Below are positions 60,051-64,000 of a stretch of DNA of 64,000 nt, piece after piece. Source of the DNA: Oikopleura dioica (Eukaryota > Animalia > Chordata); the NCBI GenBank assembly GCA_907165135.1, contig OU015566.1, positions 13,330,001 to 13,394,000 on the forward strand. Reading direction: 5' to 3'. How positions within the stretch are numbered: the stretch's first letter is position 1; each line of letters starts with the position of its first letter. Under the pieces are notes generated by a model. It was not told the origin of the DNA, did not search any database, and saw only the letters and a program-made list of their open reading frames with translations. A program made the position numbers and the translations under genes.

Positions 60051-60395
60051 TTATCGAGCGGCGCCGCCGCCGCCGCGGCTTTCGCTATTGCCGTCAGCAG
60101 CGGCCTCGTTGTCGACCTTGAGCAGGTTGCAGATGAAGGCCATCGATTTGATGAATTCGTCGAAGCTGATCTTCCCGTCGAAATCCTTATCGATATGGGC
60201 AACTAGCTCATTCACCCTTGCCTCGGAAGAAAACACCTCAGGGAGTTCTTGAAATTAGTAAAAGAAGTTAGTTTTATGATGATTACCTTGTCCCATCATT
60301 GCCTTCAACTCTTCCTTGTCAAGCAAGTTGTCCTCACCGGCATGCTCGTTGAAGATTCCAATGATGGATCGCATCAAGTCGACGATTTTGGTCAT
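60051..60395 (-). CDS. S100-like two-EF-hand protein
   Basis: MTKIVDLMRSIIGIFNEHAGEDNLLDKEELKAMMGQ, one intron, then ELPEVF..HIDKDFDGKISFDEFIKSMAFI; pseudo-EF plus canonical EF hand, about 100 aa. Confidence 0.8.
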
Positions 60396-60811
60396 GGCTT
60401 CAAAATATCACTACTTTATTTGATATGCGACTACTGACAGGAAATCCTCGATTATATTTGCAATTTACTTCCGTTTTTTGAAGCTGAATAAACAATTAGC
60501 CGCTGTGTTTAAAAATTGACGATTTTAACAAAGTTATAAGATATGAAATTATAAGTTGTAACATCCCTTTTAAAGCTGCTTTCTGAGTTCCTCTCTCAAA
60601 TTCAAACTCAATTCGATTTATTTTTTCCTGCGATTTATCATTGATATAAAATAAGAGACAAAAATCAGACAGTGTATCTATCTGCCTGAAGTTTCATAAA
60701 AAGGAGAATTTACAAGACAAGAGTTTATTTTTCATTTTTTTTTTCCAAAAATCAATTTACTGGCAGCTTTAGAATCAAAATTGGAAAGTCATTTTTTTCG
60801 CCGAGTTGGAG

Positions 60812-61758
60812 CTATTTTGAGCTGTTTGGCGCGAGATGCCGCGCATTATACCTAAAGTTAACTGATTAAACGCAGCTAGAGTGAGATTAGATCCGACCTG
60901 GCCTGGCTGGGATTGGCAGTCATGTCCGAGTCGCCGATTCCGCAAGTGCCCACTCCGACCATTCCTTTGTTTCCAGCCGGAGTCTGGAAAATCGAGTTTT
61001 TCGTCTGAAATACTTTTCAAACACGATTTTTCGGAAAAGTAATCTCACCACTCCAGTTTTCTTCTTTTTGACCATTTTGTTGGCGAAGGACTGCCAACTC
61101 TTTTTCTGCCGCTCGCCGGCCGCGTCCATCGCCGCCAGTCGCTCCTTTTTCTTTTGCGCCTTTTTGCGCCGCTTTTCGATTTCGATTCTGAATTTCAAAA
61201 ATATAAACTTAATTTCCGAATTCCTTGTTCGCACCTCTGTTTCTCCCTGGCTGCGTTTTTGTTGATTCCGTCCCCGACCATCACATTTCCGGCCATTTTG
61301 TCCATGTGAGTGCTCGGCAGCGGCGCTCGGGCCATCTCACTTTCGTCCTGCCACCTCGAGCCGCGGACGCTGCGTTTTCCGTCGAACTTGTTCAGCTGCG
61401 AAATAAGCACTGTCTCGCTGTTTCCGTACTACAAGACTAGGTTGGTTATCCCACCAACGACTGTCATTCTTACTTGCGCAAAGGTAACTTTCGCTGTTCC
61501 GGCGTTTTCGTCGATTTGGTTAATAATCGCCTCGTAAAGCTTCCCGTCGTCGGAATAGGGCGCCTGAACAGTCATGCCAATGCGCCAGTTGGCCGTTTTC
61601 TTGTGATCATTAATGATCTGGTTCGTCATTTCGATGATCTCGTCCAGGTCCTTTTTCAGATCGATCATTTCTTGGTTCTCTGGGTCTGCGGTCAAAGCAG
61701 CCTCAACCTGGCCCAGCTGCAGTTTGTAATTTGCTAGTTGCGAAATCGGATCATCCAT
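60812..61758 (-). CDS. SMNDC1: Survival motor neuron domain-containing splicing factor SPF30
   Basis: LANYKLQLGQVEAALTADPENQEMIDLKKDL, Tudor domain, KKSWQSF, SIF.TP..GMVGVGTCGI, RYNARHL. Confidence 0.92.
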
Positions 61759-61819
61759 TTTCAAGTTTTCTGAGAATTTTTCAATAATTAGTTTTTGCGA
61801 AAGAAGATTTTAAAGGGTC

Positions 61820-64000
61820 AATGCACTGCTGGAAACACTCTCCCACTGAGACTCTAGCTCCTGGGAATAAAAGACAACAATTCTAGTTTTTAGCTGCTGC
61901 TTCTACTTTATTCGAGAGACAACTGACCAGTCGAGACTGGCACTGCGCGCGCAACGTCCCACTGATCAGTATCAAAGTTCAACGGGTTCGCCCAGAATGC
62001 GCTAACCCTTTACCTCCCCTTGATACAGAACAGTGCGACAATAAGTAAAGTACAGGTAGAATGTCCCTTTCGGGCTCGAAGGAACATCGGTAGAATTGGG
62101 ACAGTCGGCGGCAGATTTTTGAAGAGGGTTTTGTACGGTGATGAAGCAGCAAACATCTTGATCCTAAGCAGTAGACAACTTCCAATCCCCAAAAAGCATC
62201 AGAAAGCCCAATTGCCAACACTAGCCTTCGTACTTTTTCTTCGTAGGGTCCAGCGAGAGACGAGATGGACGGAGAATATTCCGCTTGGGGCTAGGAGAAG
62301 ACGGGTTGGAAGTAGACCTTTGGGGTTGTGACGAAGCCAGGATCAGGAGCGAAGATGGGATCAGAGATGTTGACTCCGTCGCCGAGCCAGATTTTGGAGC
62401 TTCGAATAGAGGCTTTGGCGGAGCGATCGGAGAGAGAGAAGATGGAATCTTTTCGGGCGGTTTGGGCTTGCGTGACCGAGATTGTGACTCGATACCCTTA
62501 CCTCCCCTAGTCACATGATCGTTCTGCTTTATTTTCGACTTGAAGTTTTTGATCAAGTGTGGCCATTCGGTCAAGTCCAGATTTTGATCATAGTCATCAA
62601 GGAAAGGAACTATTTCCTCGATCGCGGCGACATGGGAACGGTGAATGAGGTCGACGGTGCTGTTTGCATCTTCGACGAGGCAGACCTGCTGGTTGGTGGA
62701 TCTGAGGGTGGAGGGGCCACTCCATTTTGCATTGGAGTTTTTGGCGTCTCCGGCGAGTGGGCGTAGCTTGACAACTTGGGGTTTTAGTTTCGAAGCTTCG
62801 GTGAACTCGAACTTGACGTTTCCAAGTAAATTGTTTATCGAGTAGGAAGAGATATTGCTGTTGCGCAAATAATCTCGTCCTAAGAGTGCTGGGCGGCATT
62901 GTCCATCCATCACAGTTGCGGCGAGCTCAAACTGAGGGCCTTTGTCGAATCTAACCTTGCAGTAGAGGGTTCCCCTTGGAGTTTCAGCTACTCCGCTAAT
63001 ACCGGCTACATCGTGGTTTGGAGCGCTCAAATTGCGTAGCACGTTTTGGGGGATAACATGCGAAGGTAGAATTGTTGAATATGCGCCAGTATCGAATTCG
63101 ATGTTGCAGTCGAACGAATCTTGTCCTGACTCAAATGTGGCGCGTAGAAAATATCCAGGGCGGGATTCGACCTTTTCGGTCAGGTGCACTGGAATTGCAG
63201 AGAAGAGGGCATGGACATCGGCGAAATTATCGGGTTCCACGTTGTAGTGGCTTTTACGCTGCATTTGATCGGGCTTTTCGGACTTCTCGTCCTTTTTCTG
63301 CGCAGAATTCTGGTCCCGATTGTGCCAAGAGCGTTTACCCTCGCCATGTTTTCCATAACCTTGCTTCTGTTTGTTGTTGGATCCGGGTTGAGTTTTGTTG
63401 ACGTTGATGACATCTGAAGAAACGCGGTTTCGGCGACTGGTCTCGGCTTTGAGTGCGAGGTCGTTAAGCGTGAAGGTTTTGTCGATGGAGCTCAGAAGAG
63501 CGTTGTAAGTGTCAGGCTCCTGGTCGCGGAGGGCTCTGACAGCGAACATTGTTGCCCATGCTTCGTGGATATCTTCCACATTTGGCTCAGCATCGTTGTT
63601 AGCAGTTTTGAAGGTTTCGAGAAACGCGGCTTTTGCCTCAGCGAGTTTTGTTGCGAGCTCGGATGTGAAATGAGTCACGGGGCGCGATCGGTCGAAAACG
63701 ATGTCGCTGACATCGAGCATCAGTAGAAAATGCGAGATTTTTGGGCCATAGTGCTTCTTGAGAAGCCCAATGGCGGCGTCGACGTCGTCACAGGCGCGGA
63801 GATCGTTACCGATAAATCGGGCGACGTTCGGAGCTAGCTTGCTGGTAAGAGCGTTGAGGAATATTTTTTCGTCGCCGTCGCGGCGTAGATGACTGTCTTT
63901 GAATACCCTCATCGCTGTTATAAAATCCACAAACTGGCCGGGGCTATTTCCTTTGAAGGGCTGGATTGACGCGAAGCTTTTGTAGAACAAGTTGCAGATG
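61820..64000 (-). mobile_element. Ty3/gypsy-like (Tor-type?) LTR retroelement end: gag plus aspartic protease ORF (62221 to >64000), no RT/RNase H/integrase before the putative 3' end
   Basis: Intronless ORF of more than 589 aa with a helical gag-like region, protease motifs FDTGAYSTILP and LLGRDYL; purine tracts AGGGGAGGTAA(A)GGGT at 62508-62494 and 62020-62005; AATAAA near 61910. The LTR boundary is approximate. Confidence 0.75.

Noticed and set aside
1-64000. Bacterial contamination or a horizontally acquired contig (GH9, TtcA, desulfurase)
   Set aside because: These genes carry spliceosomal introns and sit among core eukaryotic genes; ancient gene transfer cannot be judged without phylogeny.
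1-64000. tRNA, rRNA, SL RNA or snRNA genes
   Set aside because: None recognised by eye; a covariance-model search (tRNAscan-SE, Infernal/Rfam) would be needed to exclude them.

Overview
Compact eukaryotic genomic DNA with very short introns (often 40-50 nt), frequent GA-AG and GC-AG splice sites, closely spaced co-oriented genes, a GH9 cellulase-like gene and an S100 gene. Together these point to a larvacean tunicate such as Oikopleura dioica (inference). Genes reconstructed by hand: a multidomain GH9, a TM-SH3 microprotein, three small secreted cationic peptides, ERCC2/XPD, a multi-PLAT protein, an AF4/FMR2 (AFF) homolog, TSR3, two ELOVL paralogs, a cysteine desulfurase-TtcA fusion, a LysM-TM protein, two Cys-rich/propeller-like secreted paralogs, a divergent aldehyde oxidase/XDH-family enzyme, a CAP protein, S100 and SMNDC1. 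The window also holds many DNA transposon derivatives (hAT, Tc1/mariner-type MITEs, MULE/foldback), a gag-protease retroelement and a 1.98-kb tandem duplication. The strongest leads are: (1) longer non-canonical introns carry short terminal inverted repeats starting at +4/+5 that could pair near the acceptor; (2) exon-inserted hAT MITEs have TIRs carrying GT/AG positioned so that splicing would keep the reading frame; (3) a eukaryotic desulfurase-TtcA fusion could be a self-contained tRNA thiolation enzyme; (4) a GH9 has an altered DAGD catalytic motif. All exon structures were derived by eye without RNA data, and no database searches were run.
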